Under the pieces are notes generated by a model. It did not search any database. It saw only the letters and a list, made by a program, of their open reading frames with translations, and had not been told where the DNA came from. A stretch of DNA of 64,000 bases from NCBI RefSeq assembly GCF_036321535.1, contig NC_087436.1:45882001-45946000 (forward strand), given 5' to 3'. This document shows positions 13,270-25,080 of this stretch, one piece after another (within the stretch, counting starts at the first letter, position 1; each line of letters opens with the position of its first letter). The stretch comes from Camelus dromedarius. Taxonomy: Eukaryota. A program made the translations under genes and the position numbers.

Positions 13270-13388
13270 CGTGTGAAACCACAGTGGAGCTCTTGTTTGA
13301 CAGTGTTATACATTTGGGCTGTAAGCCGTACCTGGACAGCCAACGAGCTGCATGTAGGTGTCGCTACGAAGAAAAGACTGATCTTTAA
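13270..13388 (+). CDS. PLA2G12A: Group XIIA sPLA2, last coding exon
   Basis: ccttgcag|CGTGTGAAACC...GATCTTTAA; (A)CETTVELLFDSVIHLGCKPYLDSQRAACRCRYEEKTDL*; phase matches exon 3. Confidence 0.96.
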
Positions 13389-14239
13389 AGAAGATGCTGA
13401 CAGGTGGTGACAGCAGATGAGGACAGAAGAACATAACTTTTGACAAGAACTGTTTTTACAGCATAAAGCTGCCTTATTTTTGTGAAGGGATTATTTTAAG
13501 ACCTTGACACTAAAGCTTCAAACTAAAGAAACAAATGGAGGTTGTCTTCTTGGATGTTGCTGCCTTGGTGTGCCAAATTGTCTTTACCAATCTGAGAAAA
13601 GGGTGCATGTTAAGGGGAGAATTTTTTAAAAGAAGGAGTCTGTAACTCAGTTTTCACAACTATATTTACCAAAAAATAAGGTCAAATGTAAAATTTATTA
13701 TAAGGTATGTTCAACATTATCTTATCTGGAAATACGGGGAAATCTTCACTTATAAGTATGTTTGTTTACTGTAAAATTTAAAATATACGTTTGTTCCTGG
13801 AAGGATGTGACTTTATTTTTACTCTGTTTTAATTAACACATAATAGACTTTTTCCATAGCCCGTGAATAAGTCACCCTTCTGTTAATGACAGTAGTTACA
13901 AGGACAAGGTTTCCATGTCTGTTTCTCTTTTAAAGTTGGAACCATCTGCTGGGACCTCTTAGGAAGCAAAACTGGGATATCTAGGTATTAATGTAATGTG
14001 CCTAGAAGGTGACATGAGCAAAATTCAGAAGCACAGCCATTCCCATTTTATGAGCCACTCACGACAAATTGCCTAATTGGAGAAAAGATGGGTTTAATGA
14101 GACAAATGAAAAGTTGTTTAACACACACATCAGAGCATTATATGCTGTTATGCTTTGGTATTTATTCCCTAGTACTTGCTCTTTATAGGGGATTCTGGGA
14201 TATTTTTAAGACTGTAGACCTTTTACTAGTAGTGGCCTT

Positions 14240-14245
14240 AATAAA
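14240..14245 (+). terminator. Probable PLA2G12A polyadenylation signal
   Basis: AATAAA ~850 nt after the stop, followed by a GT/T-rich tract (ttgttgggttttt). Confidence 0.55.
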
Positions 14246-14959
14246 AATTGTTCTTGATATTGTTGGGTTTTTAAAGTCTTTAACTGTGGAGTGAAAAGAG
14301 ATGGAAAAGCAAGATACAAAACTCTTTTATAGAGCTCTCATTCACTTGAAAATTATTAACAGATGTTTAAGGACAAATTCTGGAACTTCCAGCTGCCTCT
14401 GAAAATGTGAGTGTTGAAAGCTTTTCAGTCCCTTGGAAAGCTCAGCTGTGTTCCTCTGTCACTCTTTGCTTGCCACTGGCTTTCCCTACCCCAGGGTCCC
14501 AAGCCTTCACATTTGCGTAACCTGCTGCCAAAGTTACTAAGATGAAACTGCTTGGAAAGTCAGAGAAAGACAGCACCAGGAGAAGTGGTTCTTTTTAAAT
14601 CATTACGGGCAGAACTGGGAGAACGAGAAATATTTTCTGGGAAAAGGGCCACTTTGAAAATATGTCATTGCTGAGAACCCGATAGCTTCGTAAATGGAGA
14701 TGGTGGCTGCTGTCCTGGTAATAGATGTGTCCTCTGTTAGACAAAGCAACATATCCCTCATAGCTAAGTGAGCAAACTGGGCTCCAGCTGAAATACTTGA
14801 TCAGGTAACTTGAAACTTATAATAGATTCATGGATTTTCTTGGCAGCGTTGGCTTTCTCAAGAAGACAAAGTCAGAATGTCTTTATAAAATATCTAATTG
14901 ACGGTCATACATTATGTACAATTATCAGTAAAAGCTGTTTTTTTTTTTAATGTTCCGAT

Positions 14960-16090
14960 TTTAAAAAACTTATCTAGGAATAATTTTAGATTTATAGAAA
15001 AGTTGCAAAAATAGTATAGAGGCTTCTTGTATACTCCTTACCCCTAATGTTAGCATTTTACATGGCCATGAAACATTTGTTAAGGCACCAACATTAGTAA
15101 TTACTATTAACGGAACTCCGGACTTTATTTGGATTGCACTGCTTTTCCCACTAATGGCATTTTTCTTTTCCAGGATCCACTCCAGGATTCCACACTGTAG
15201 TTATTGTAGGCCTCTGGTCTGTGGCAATTCCTCCGTCTTCACTTGTTTTTCATAACCTTGACAGGTCTGAGGAGTACTGGTCAGGTGTTTTCCTAGAATG
15301 ACCCTCACTTTGGGTTAGTCTGATGTTTTCCTCATTTTTGGACTAGAGTTGTGGATTTTTAGGAAGAAAACCACGTAAGTAAAGAGTTCTTCTCATCAAA
15401 TCATATCAGTAGTTGAATGCTGTCAACTTGATGTTGTGTTAACTCTGGACACTTGGGTAAGGTAGTGTCTTAGTTTTCTCCACTGTGAAGTTACCATTTT
15501 TCCCTTTCTGTGCTCCTGTTCCTTGGAAGCTAGTCACCAAGTCCTGTCTCTGGGAAGTGAGGGGTGGGCAAGATTATGTTGTACCTCCTGGAAGGGGGAG
15601 TATGTCTAAATGTAGTACTTGAAATTCTTGTCTCCCCCATTTATTATTCAATTATTTGTATCAGTATGGACCAATGTATATTTTATACTGTGGGTAATAT
15701 TCACACATTTCAGCTTGGCTGTTGGGAGTTACGTCAGGTTTTGCTCCTTTGTCTCTTTGACCCACACCATCCTTTTGACATTTGAGCACCTCTATACTTT
15801 CTGAGAAGAAAGCAGGAAAATTGCTTCAGGCTCACCTTGTATTTTCCCAGTAGCAGCTCTAGAATCAGCCTCTTCTCAAAGGTTCCTTTTGTTGTAGAAT
15901 GGTTTGTAATGGAACTTGGGAGCTAAGATCTGGACATTGCATATGCCTGTTGCTACTTTGATGTCACTGCTTCTAGACCCTCCCAGCAAACAAAGCTAGG
16001 AAATATCTGTCTATTAACACATGTACATATCTGTAATTTTTCTGTGTGTGTATATATATATTAAGCTGAATGAGTTCATACTGTCTTTAC
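14960..16090 (-). mobile_element. Old L1M 3'-end fragment
   Basis: taattttagatttatagaaaagttgcaaaaatagta...ccaggattccacactg..., typical ancient L1MC/L1MD 3' UTR; boundaries approximate. Confidence 0.6.
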
Positions 16091-17409
16091 TTGAATTATA
16101 TATAACAAGGCATATACTTTTCATTTAAAGATGTGTATACTATAATGTATATACTATACATTTAAGGATGGTGTTTTCCCTATCCGCAGAATACATTAAT
16201 AAAAAGCAAAAACAAAACAAAACTAGCTTTTAGTAGCTCTTTGCAAGACATATATTGATATTTAAAAATAATAAAACTATATTGCCTTCAAATGGTGCTT
16301 GTCTCTTTAAAGTCTTTTGACACACTTCTTCCAGGGACAGGTGTGGCTGTATTCATTTCGTAGGTAGAGAAAGTGAGGCACAAAAAAGCTGTAATGAAGA
16401 CAGAATTGAAATATGAGAGCAAAAGCAAATTAAACACATCTTGAGCAGGGTTTCCTTCAGTGACCTCCTAGACTAATCTAGACTGGCAAAACTAATTAAA
16501 AAGTTGTTTTGTTAGTTTATAACTACCTCTCCCTAAAATGAAAAGGTTGGATTTCTGTCAGTATTTACAGAAACACAAGATTATCAGAAGGTCAAAATGG
16601 TCATTATTTTATCCTGGTACAAAACTAGAATAACATCTAACAAAATGAAAACAAGGGAGTCTCTATAAAAACAACTCTTTAGAAGACTGACTTCAGTAAC
16701 TTTGGGGAGTAGAGTGAAACCTACTTGGTAAGATCCTTCCACATGTACTATGTTGTACTGTTCAAAACTAACAGGTATTGCCTGCAATCTTTTCATTCAA
16801 GTCTTATATAACACCTGGCTATAATAATTGGAATAGCCCCTTTAGTTTGCTGTTTTTCCTCACTGAATTGGTACAACCAGTATATGAAAAATAGTTATCA
16901 ATGAAAATAACTAAAACCGGATCAGCAGTGTCATCTTTGCATACAGGCCACAGTGATGGTACGCTTTCTTGTCTTGGACTTGTTAGATTTCCAGAACATC
17001 CTTCGAAGTCTTGCTGACAACTTTACAAACATTTCTTTGTTGGCTGTCAGGTTTTCTTAAGTGTAGGAATTAGAATTATAGAAATTTGGTATTTCTGTGA
17101 TTCATATAGAAAAAAAACAAGGTTTGGTGGGATAAACACTGAAAAAAAGGCTAAAGTTTAAGTGTTAAAAGAGTTATCTCTGAATTTTATTCCATAAATT
17201 TCATTCCTTGGATAGGTAACAGTTGGCTAAGATCTTCAGTTTCAGTAAATTCCATAAAAGTGACTATTCATAATGGCAAGAATCAAGCCATCCTATCAGT
17301 TAACTTTTGGTCTTTAGTATATCTTAATTATTTTAATAATATGGATTTGCTTTGGGTTTTTTTTTTTCTTTGAAAAGGAAGAGATTGCTTGGTAGGAGTC
17401 TAAGTAGTC

Positions 17410-17592
17410 TGTGTCTCAGACAGAAGCATGCAGCACAGTCACTGGAGGGCTTGTTAAAATATGCTGCTGGACCCCACCCCCAGTTTCTCATTCAGTAGGT
17501 CTGACTCTGCAGGTCTCAAGAGTTTGCATTTCTAGTGTGTTCCCAGATGATGTTCAATCTGCTGCTTCAGAGACCACACTTTGAGAACTGGT
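17410..17592. mobile_element. MER5A-like hAT-Charlie DNA transposon
   Basis: ggagggcttgttaaaa...cagtttctcattcagtaggtctg...tttgcatttcta...accacactttgagaac. Confidence 0.7.
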
Positions 17593-18398
17593 CTAGGTAA
17601 TCTTCAGCTAAAAATAATGTGCTGAAAACTTCCTGTTGGCAGTTACTGTCTCAAAAACGATTGAGTAAATTTGGTCCCCGTTTTACAGAGAAGAATTTGA
17701 AGCTGGGAGAGGTTAAATTGCCTTACTTACCAATGTCTCCCAGCTGATAAAATGGTGGAGTCAGGATTAGAACCTCGGCAGCCTGTTTCCCAATCCCAGG
17801 TACTTCCCCTCTTTACTGGGATCACCTCAGCTATTGCTTTAAAAGGCAAAAACTAAACATTCATAACTGAAATAAGTATCCTAATGCTTTGCATTTGTCT
17901 TAAGGTAGACAAAATCTTACTTTGAAATTACATATTTTGTTGCTATAAAAGCAATACAGTATTCTGAGATAACAAGATACTCAGGGGAAAAAAAAAATTC
18001 CTTCCATCAGCTCCTTTTAGATAAATGGTGTTCCGCTTCTATAGAGGGAGTGTTTTCAGGACTCCAGCAGAGAAGAGCCTGAAAACTAGGCGAAAGGCCA
18101 GAAAGCGCTGGTGGTCAGATAACGCATTCAAACTGGATGAAGGTCAGAGTACAAAGGCTGAGACCCTGAATCTCATTCAATGAATAAATATTTATTGAGC
18201 ACCTACTATACACTAAGCAACTGCTCAGAAAGGGGAAACCAAAAGAAGGCAAAGGTCTGCTTTCAGTTAGCCTAAGATGGTGGCAATAAAATAATTTATT
18301 GAGCTCTTCATAAGCCAGATAATGTTCTGAGTACAGTAATTTAACTCAATCATCACAACCACCGTATGAGGGAGATTTTTTTTTCCAAGCTGGTGTGA

Positions 18399-18583
18399 TT
18401 TTTTTTTTAAACATTTTTTTTATTGAGTTATAGTCATTTTACAATGTTGTGTCAAATTCCAGCGTAGAGTACAATTTTTCAGTTATACATGAACATACAT
18501 ACATTCATTGTCACATTCTCTTTTGCTGTGAGCCCCCATAAGATCCTGTATATATTCCCCTATGCTACACAGTACAATCTTGT
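18399..18583 (-). mobile_element. Young 5'-truncated L1 3' UTR with TSD
   Basis: Poly-T then ttattgagttatagtcattttacaatgttgtgtcaaattccag...; TSD tggtgtga at 18391-18398 and 18584-18591; closely similar in reverse complement to 48672-48963. Confidence 0.8.
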
Positions 18584-18594
18584 TGGTGTGACTA

Positions 18595-21020
18595 TTTTTT
18601 TTACTGAATTGTTTTTGAAGCATAGCTGATGTACAGCGTTATATTTTAACAGGTATACAGTATAGTGATTCACAATTTTTGAAGGTTATACTTCATTTAT
18701 AGTTATTATAAAGTATCAGCTATATTCCCTGTGTTATACAATATATCCTTATAGCTTACTTTTTACGTAATAGTTTCTAGCTTTTAATCCTTTACCCCTA
18801 TATTGCCCCTCCTCCCTTCCCTCTCCCCACTGGTAACCACTAGTTTGTTCTCTATACCTGCGTGTGAGTCTGCTTCTTTTTTTGTTTTGTTCATTAGTTT
18901 GTTGTATTTTTTAAATTCCACATATATCACATAGCATTTGTCCTTCTTTGACTTACTTCACTTAACATAATACCCTCCAAGTCCATCTATGTTGCTGCAA
19001 GTAGTAAAGTTTCATTTTTATGGCTAAGTAGTATTCCAGTGTGTGTGTGTGTGTGTGTGTGTGTGTATCACATCATCTTTATCTATTCATCTGTTGATGG
19101 ATACTTAGGTTGCTTGAATACCTTGGCTATTGTAAATGATGCTGCTTATGAACATTGGGGTGCATGTATCTTTTTGAATTAGTATTTTTGTTTCTTTCAG
19201 ATATATACCCAGGAGTGGAATTGCTGGGTCACGTTGTAGTTCTATTTTTAGTTTTTTGAGAAACTTCCATACTATTTTCCATAGTGGCTACACCAATTTA
19301 CATTCCCACCAACAGTGTACAAGGGTCCCTTTTCTCCACATCCTTGCCAACATTTATCATTTGTGGTCTTTTAATGAAAGCCATTTTGACAGGTGTGAGG
19401 TGACATTGTGATTTTGATGTGTATTTCCCTGATAATTAGTGATATTGAGCATCTTTTCATATGCCTGTTGACCATCTCCATTTCCTCTTTGGAAAAATTG
19501 TGGGAGCCCGTGATTGGGTTAATAAATTGTAACAGACCCCAGCTGCTTGTGACCTTTAGGAAAAACAAATGTGCTTTGCTATCAGGCACTGGTGCATCTG
19601 CACTCCTGTCTCCTTGCTGTAAAAAGCAGAGACAATGCCTTGCTTGCATAGTTGAGGTTCTAGCTTAGAGCTGCTTCCAATGGCAAAGCCATTTTGTGTC
19701 CCTTGCTATAAACGCAGGACATGGCTTGTTTTAAGCATAGGTCCATAGTTTAGGGTTTACTCTTCTCATTGCAAAGACCTATGCCCTCAGCTATAAACAC
19801 TGGGCATGATTTCTGCTGTTTAGATAGTCTGTAACCCCCAAGGCAAGGAACTGGCTGGTCTGGTTGTCTGTTTTGTAATCAACATCTTATGTCTGAAGAG
19901 TGTACCTTGTTCCCCTCTCCCCATGTCTGTCCTGAAGATTAGTTAAGCCTTTGTACTCATTGTGGATTCTATAATCTCTACCGGGTTCTGTCTTTCCTTA
20001 AGCTTCTACATCCCATGACACAACTATTGATGATTTTTCCTTTGATTGTGCATAATAAATGTGGGAGCATTTGAGAGGCTCGTGAAGCTGATCCCTGACT
20101 CCCTCTCGCTCTCTTGACTTTCCACAGAGTCTCAATTAATTCATTCTGTCTTAGTGGGACTTCTGCCAGACAGAACCCACAAAAAAATGAGTATTCAGTT
20201 CTCCGCATTTTTTAATTGGGTTGTTTGATTTTTGATGTTGACCTGTTTATGCATGTTGGCTATTAACCCCTTATGGGTCATATCATTTGCAAATATCTTC
20301 TCCCATTCAGTAGATTGTTTTTTCATTTTGTCAATGGTTTCCTTTGCTGTGCAAAAACTTTTCAGTTTAATTAGGTTCCATTTATTTATTTTTACTTTTG
20401 TTTCCTTAGCTTTAGGAGACGAATCAGAAAAAAATATTGGCTGTGATTTATGTCAAAGAGTGTTTGGTGTAACAAGAATGTCCTAATTTCATTCTTTTAC
20501 AAGTAGCTGTCCAGTTTTCCCAGCACCACTTATTGAAGACTCTTCTCTCCATTGTATATTCTTGCCTCTTTTTTCGTAGATTAATTGACCATAAGTGTGT
20601 AGGTTTATTTCTGGACTTTCTATCCTGTTCCATTGATCTATGTGTCTGTTTTTGTGCCAGTACCACACTGTTTTGACTACCGTTGCATCGTAGTATAGTC
20701 TGAAGTCAGGACATGTGATTCAGCTCTGTTCTTTGTCAAGACTGTTTTGGCCCTTCAGGGTCTTTTGTGTTTCTGTACAAATTTTAAGATTATTTGTTCT
20801 AGTTCTGGGAAAAAAGGCATTTTTATACAGATTGTATTGAATCTGTAGATTGTCTTGGGTTGTATCGCCATTTTAACAATATTAATTCTTCCAGTCCAAG
20901 AACATGGTATATCTTTCCATCTGTTTTTGTCATCTTCAGTTTCTTTCATCAGTGTCTTATAGTTTCCCAAATGCAGGTCTTTTTACCTCCTTCGGTAGGT
21001 TTACTCCTAAGTAGCTTATT
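18595..21020 (-). mobile_element. L1 (3' UTR and ORF2 C-terminal part), interrupted by a solo LTR and containing a (GT)n tract
   Basis: ORFs 20448..20666(-) and 20755..20970(-) give L1 ORF2 peptides ([26 protein letters not shown]); (GT)14 at 19039-19066. Confidence 0.9.
19499..20181 (+). mobile_element. Solo LTR, ERVK/betaretrovirus-like
   Basis: Termini TGTGGG...CCCACA; ~6-bp TSD aaaaat; AATAAA at 20054-20059; L1 sequence resumes seamlessly either side. Confidence 0.8.
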
Positions 21021-21169
21021 TTTGCTGCAGTGCAAAATGAGGGAGATGTTGATATTCCATGTCTTCACTGCAGAATAAATTACTAAGACAGTGATTCTTG
21101 AAATAGTTTGTGTACAGTGAGATGAACAGTAATTGCTATGGTGTGAGTAAAATTCTCCTTTGATTCCAC

Positions 21170-21293
21170 ATTTTTTTTAGGGGGGAGGTAATTAGGTTTT
21201 TTAATTTAGTCTTAAAGGAGGTGCTGGGGATTAAACCCAGGACCTAGTGTATGCTAAGCATGCGCTCCACTACTTGAGCTATATCCTCCCCGC
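21170..21293 (-). mobile_element. tRNA-Ala-derived SINE (vic-1-like)
   Basis: Reverse complement of the SINE consensus; TSD tgattccac at 21161-21169 and 21294-21302. Confidence 0.85.
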
Positions 21294-21879
21294 TGATTCC
21301 ACTTTCTATTCAATGAACAAGCAAGACTTTTGAACCACAAGCACACGTAGGGAAAGATATCAAGTTAGATTATATTTCCTCTCCCAAATAATAGAGCAAT
21401 ATTTATATTTATAGAAGACTGATCCCTTGTACTTATTGTAATGTATTAGAAACTGTGCCAAAAGAGAGAGAGGAAAGAGAGAAACAAACAAACGGTGCCT
21501 TAACACATTTTTTCCCCTAGTCCGATGTTGGTTACTTTTTAAATGCTGGCCCAGAGGAGTTACAAAAGAGGAAGACGCCTTTTCTTCCAATCTCAGACTT
21601 GTTCATTGAAGTAAATTTACACAATACCCGATCACCCAAAGAGGAACAATCCAATGGAACAAACATGCTCTGGCTCAATAAAAGCCATTATCTGTAGACC
21701 CCAAAATCCGCTGAGTTTCTGTATGATTCCTTCCCCGAATTAACTCTCCCTGTGAAAGCCAGACTTGAAAATCCCGTTGTTCTAGTTTACTTTGGCTCGA
21801 ATCCGCTATACAAAGAGCGTTTTAAAATACTGTAAACTATTATAAACTATTACAAGTCCTATGAAATAACTCGCACCGG

Positions 21880-23300
21880 GAAAAGGACTACGCAGAAACA
21901 GGAAAGCACTCAAAAGCCCCTGTACCTTGGAGGGAGTCGGGAAGAGCAAACGTTTGGGGCGGGGCTTGAGCGGGCCCTCCCTCGCTCCCGCAGGTGATCT
22001 GAAATTGCCTACCGCCTCCTACCCCGGGGCCGTTTGTTCTTGGGATAGGAACTGGCACCTCTCCAGGCGGCAAGCGGTCGTCCGCTTCCCCTGCCTCCCC
22101 GGAGGCCCTGACCCCGCGAGCCCCGAGTGAGGGACAGCGGCCTTAACTCGGCTTCAGGCACCCGCCCGGGGCGCGGCCACACCCAAACCCCCAGCCCACT
22201 GGGCGGCGGGCAGGGAGCACGGGCGCGGGGGCGGAGTGGGAGGAGGAAGGGGCGGGGGCTGCGGCCGGGGCTGCAGGAAGCTGGGGCCGGTCCGGGAGTC
22301 CGTGCTGCGCCCTCGGCCGACATGAGTTCGGCGCTGGAGCTCCGAGGGACTGGCTGTGCAGGTAGGCGGCGGGTACTGAGGGGGCGCGCGGGCAAGAGTG
22401 GGGACGCGGGCTCCTCTGGCTTTGCTGGGCGGCCGGAAGAAGTTGAGAGTCTTGGAGGGAAGCGCCCAGCTTCCCTGGGGACAGCTTAGCTTTGGAGCTC
22501 AGAAAAACAGCTCGGGGACCTTGCCGCCGCCTCCCTGCAGTCCTGGTTGGCGGCGCCCGGCGCTGGGGCGTGCCCCGGCCGTCTTTGTCTCTGGGCGCTG
22601 ATCTCTTTCCCGGCGTCGGGATATTTAAACTATAAAAGGCCGGCCTGGTGGGTCCTGGCGTCTCCTGCACCTGGTCATAGTAAAAGCTGATTTGGAGCGG
22701 TTGTATCTCGTTTCGTTTTCCCACTTCTAAGTAAAAAGTGGTTGCATGCGGTAACAGTGGAGCGTGACGGGCCTGCGGGAGTGCCGGGGCAGAGGCTTGC
22801 CGGCACCGGACCCGGAGACAGAAGCCGGGCCCTCCGCCGCTGCACAGCCCGCGTGGCTCGTGTGCATCCAGGAAACCTGCAGCTATTCGTGAATTTGAGT
22901 TAAAGCCGCAACAACTTTTCTCTACAAAATAATCAACTCCTAAACGCTTGCTTTAGCACGTTCTTCCCTCTCACTTGCTAATTATATTACTGATAAGGTT
23001 TAGAAACTCTGAGGCCGGCCATGGGGCGGGGGGAGGGAAAGCGGCGGCGGGGGAGGGGGTTTCGAAGCGCTGGGAGAATGCGTTCATTTCAGAGCTTTTT
23101 ATACTTTGCTGCAGAAAACAAGCCTTGCTCCCCGGGCAAGTTGTAGAAGTCTCCATGGGTCGTTCAGGAAATGGCTTTGCCCTGGACAACAGGCAGCGTA
23201 CTGTCTGTCTAGTGGCCGTTTCCCTTTCGGAACCCGTGTGAGAGGGGGAAAGCCTTGCAGGGACTACGAGTCACCGCATATCCCCCTCCGTTGTTTTCAT
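21880..23300. promoter_or_regulatory. CpG island / CASP6 promoter and exon 1
   Basis: Abrupt GC- and CpG-rich segment in AT-rich surroundings, with GC boxes (GGGGCGGGGC at ~21956, GGGGCGGAGT at ~22228, GGGGCGGGGG at ~22249) upstream of the CASP6 ATG. Confidence 0.9.
22322..22361 (+). CDS. CASP6: Caspase-6 exon 1 (coding part)
   Basis: gccgacATGAGTTCG...GCAG|gtaggc; MSSALELRGTGCA(G); good Kozak context inside the CpG island. Confidence 0.9.
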
Positions 23301-23977
23301 CACAGTCCTTTTCCTGCTTGCTCCCTTCCTTTTCTTTCTCCAACCCACCCCTTTTCCAGGGTATTCCAGGCCTGATATGAGTCACTTAATACAGGATTAT
23401 TAAACAAATTGTTGATAGTGTAGCTAGATTTTCATAGATACTGCAATGAGTGAAGACAATGACAGTAGATACAGAAGTTTGGAGAGATGAACACTTAGTT
23501 TAAAAAGGTTTCTGGTCTCTGGTGGGAGCGGTTTTAGCATGGTGACCCGGAGTCCAGAGACTTTGGAGTCTACGGGCAGAATCTCTTTCAGCCCCAATTC
23601 CATGACACAGACCTTGGACAAGCCTCTGGCACTTTCCCTGCCTCAGGAGTGTGGAGTAGAGTGAGATAAATTTTCTGAAGTACCACGCCATCCACAGATG
23701 GTAGCCTGGGGCATTATTATTATCATTTCCTCCATTATGTGGAGGAAAAGGGAGTGATTGATTGGTTTTGTAAAAATTAACTGGTTTAAGGAGCAAAGGT
23801 GGTGGTTGCATTATGGTGGAAAGATTGCTTAAATCCGAGGCCAGAAGTGAGAAGAAGTCAAGAGATTTAATAACGGAGTCATTTTTGATAAGTAGATTAC
23901 AAATGAACAGGAGTTTATAAATCCTTATATAAGGATCAGATATTATATATGTTATATAGGGTATCTCCCTCATTAAG

Positions 23978-24060
23978 ATTTTTTTTAATGGAGATACTAG
24001 GGAACCAGGACCTCAGGCATGCATGCGCTCCACCACTTAGCTATTAACCACCCCTACCCT
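23978..24060 (-). mobile_element. Degenerate tRNA-derived SINE
   Basis: ttttttaatggagatactagggaaccaggacctcaggcatgcatgcgctccaccacttagcta. Confidence 0.65.
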
Positions 24061-24447
24061 GTCAATTAAATGTTGTTTTCTTCATGTCAACAAAGCTATG
24101 TAACCTCTTAGCTAGTTTCTTTGTATTCATGCAGTATAATGATACTCCTTAAAGCACACCCTTCCTGAAAGCTTATCGGCTGGGTGCATACAGTTTAAAG
24201 TGACCACGACAGAGTCACAGGTTATTTTCTCTGAAAGTTGGGGAAAATCTGTCAGCTCCAGAAAAGTATTGGAACTGCAGTTTCTGTCCGTCTCCATAGC
24301 TTTCTCTTCCGATTCAGCAAATTGCTTAGAACAGAATGGTCAGTAATTGGTATTACAGGATACAGCCTGCCTTATTTGTATTAAGTGAAGGTTAGAAGCT
24401 GCGAGGACCAGAGCCCAGTTTCTTTCTGCATCCATCATATTAACAGT

Positions 24448-24479
<32 letters not shown>

Positions 24480-25080
24480 CTTTAAAAAAAATGCCTCACT
24501 GAGATTGTCGTATCTGTTAACTTTGAAACTGAATGTCGTTTAAAACAGATTAATCTTGAGCTACTTAAAATTAGCTGTCTTTCCAAAATCTATAAGCTGG
24601 GGGCAATATTTGAGACAACCCAAATGCACTACTTAAATTCCACCCAGCTGGGAGAACTGTGAGGCTCCTTCCTCAGACTATGAGAAAGGAACTGTGAAGA
24701 CCCAATTAAGTGTGCATCTCCAGTGCTTCCACCATCAAGAACTTGAGTTAGTTTGGTGAAAGGCTATTGGGCACAGCTTCTGCCGGGTACGCTTGAAGCT
24801 GCCTCAAGCTCACTAGCCAGTATGGTGCAAAGGCTGCAAAAAGTGAACTGCTGGGTCTCCTGCTACTTTGGGCATTGCAAAAGAGACGTGCTTTCCAACC
24901 CTTGCGGGTTCTTGAGAGGTGAAGGTGATTGGCTTTCAGATATGGATTTAATGTGTCTAGTTTGAGTGATTCTGTTTCTTTATTGCATAGTTGGTTTAAT
25001 GATAAGGAGGAATGTTATTAAAAGGAGGTAGATCTTGGAATGCTTTTGTCAATGGAAGGAGAGAAATCCCTGCACTGCCG

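Larger units (their letters stand above)
10016..13388 (+). other. PLA2G12A: PLA2G12A gene, partial span (coding exons 2-4; exon 1 upstream of window)
   Basis: Three exons of 77, 166 and 119 nt splice in frame to [49 protein letters not shown]...ACETTVELLFDSVIHLGCKPYLDSQRAACRCRYEEKTDL*, recognisable as group XIIA secreted phospholipase A2. Confidence 0.96.

Noticed and set aside
21888..23375. Cluster of 60-193-aa ORFs on both strands around the CASP6 promoter
   Set aside because: Expected from stop-codon scarcity in a CpG island; low-complexity Pro/Arg/Gly/Ala peptides. Only 22322-22361 is coding.
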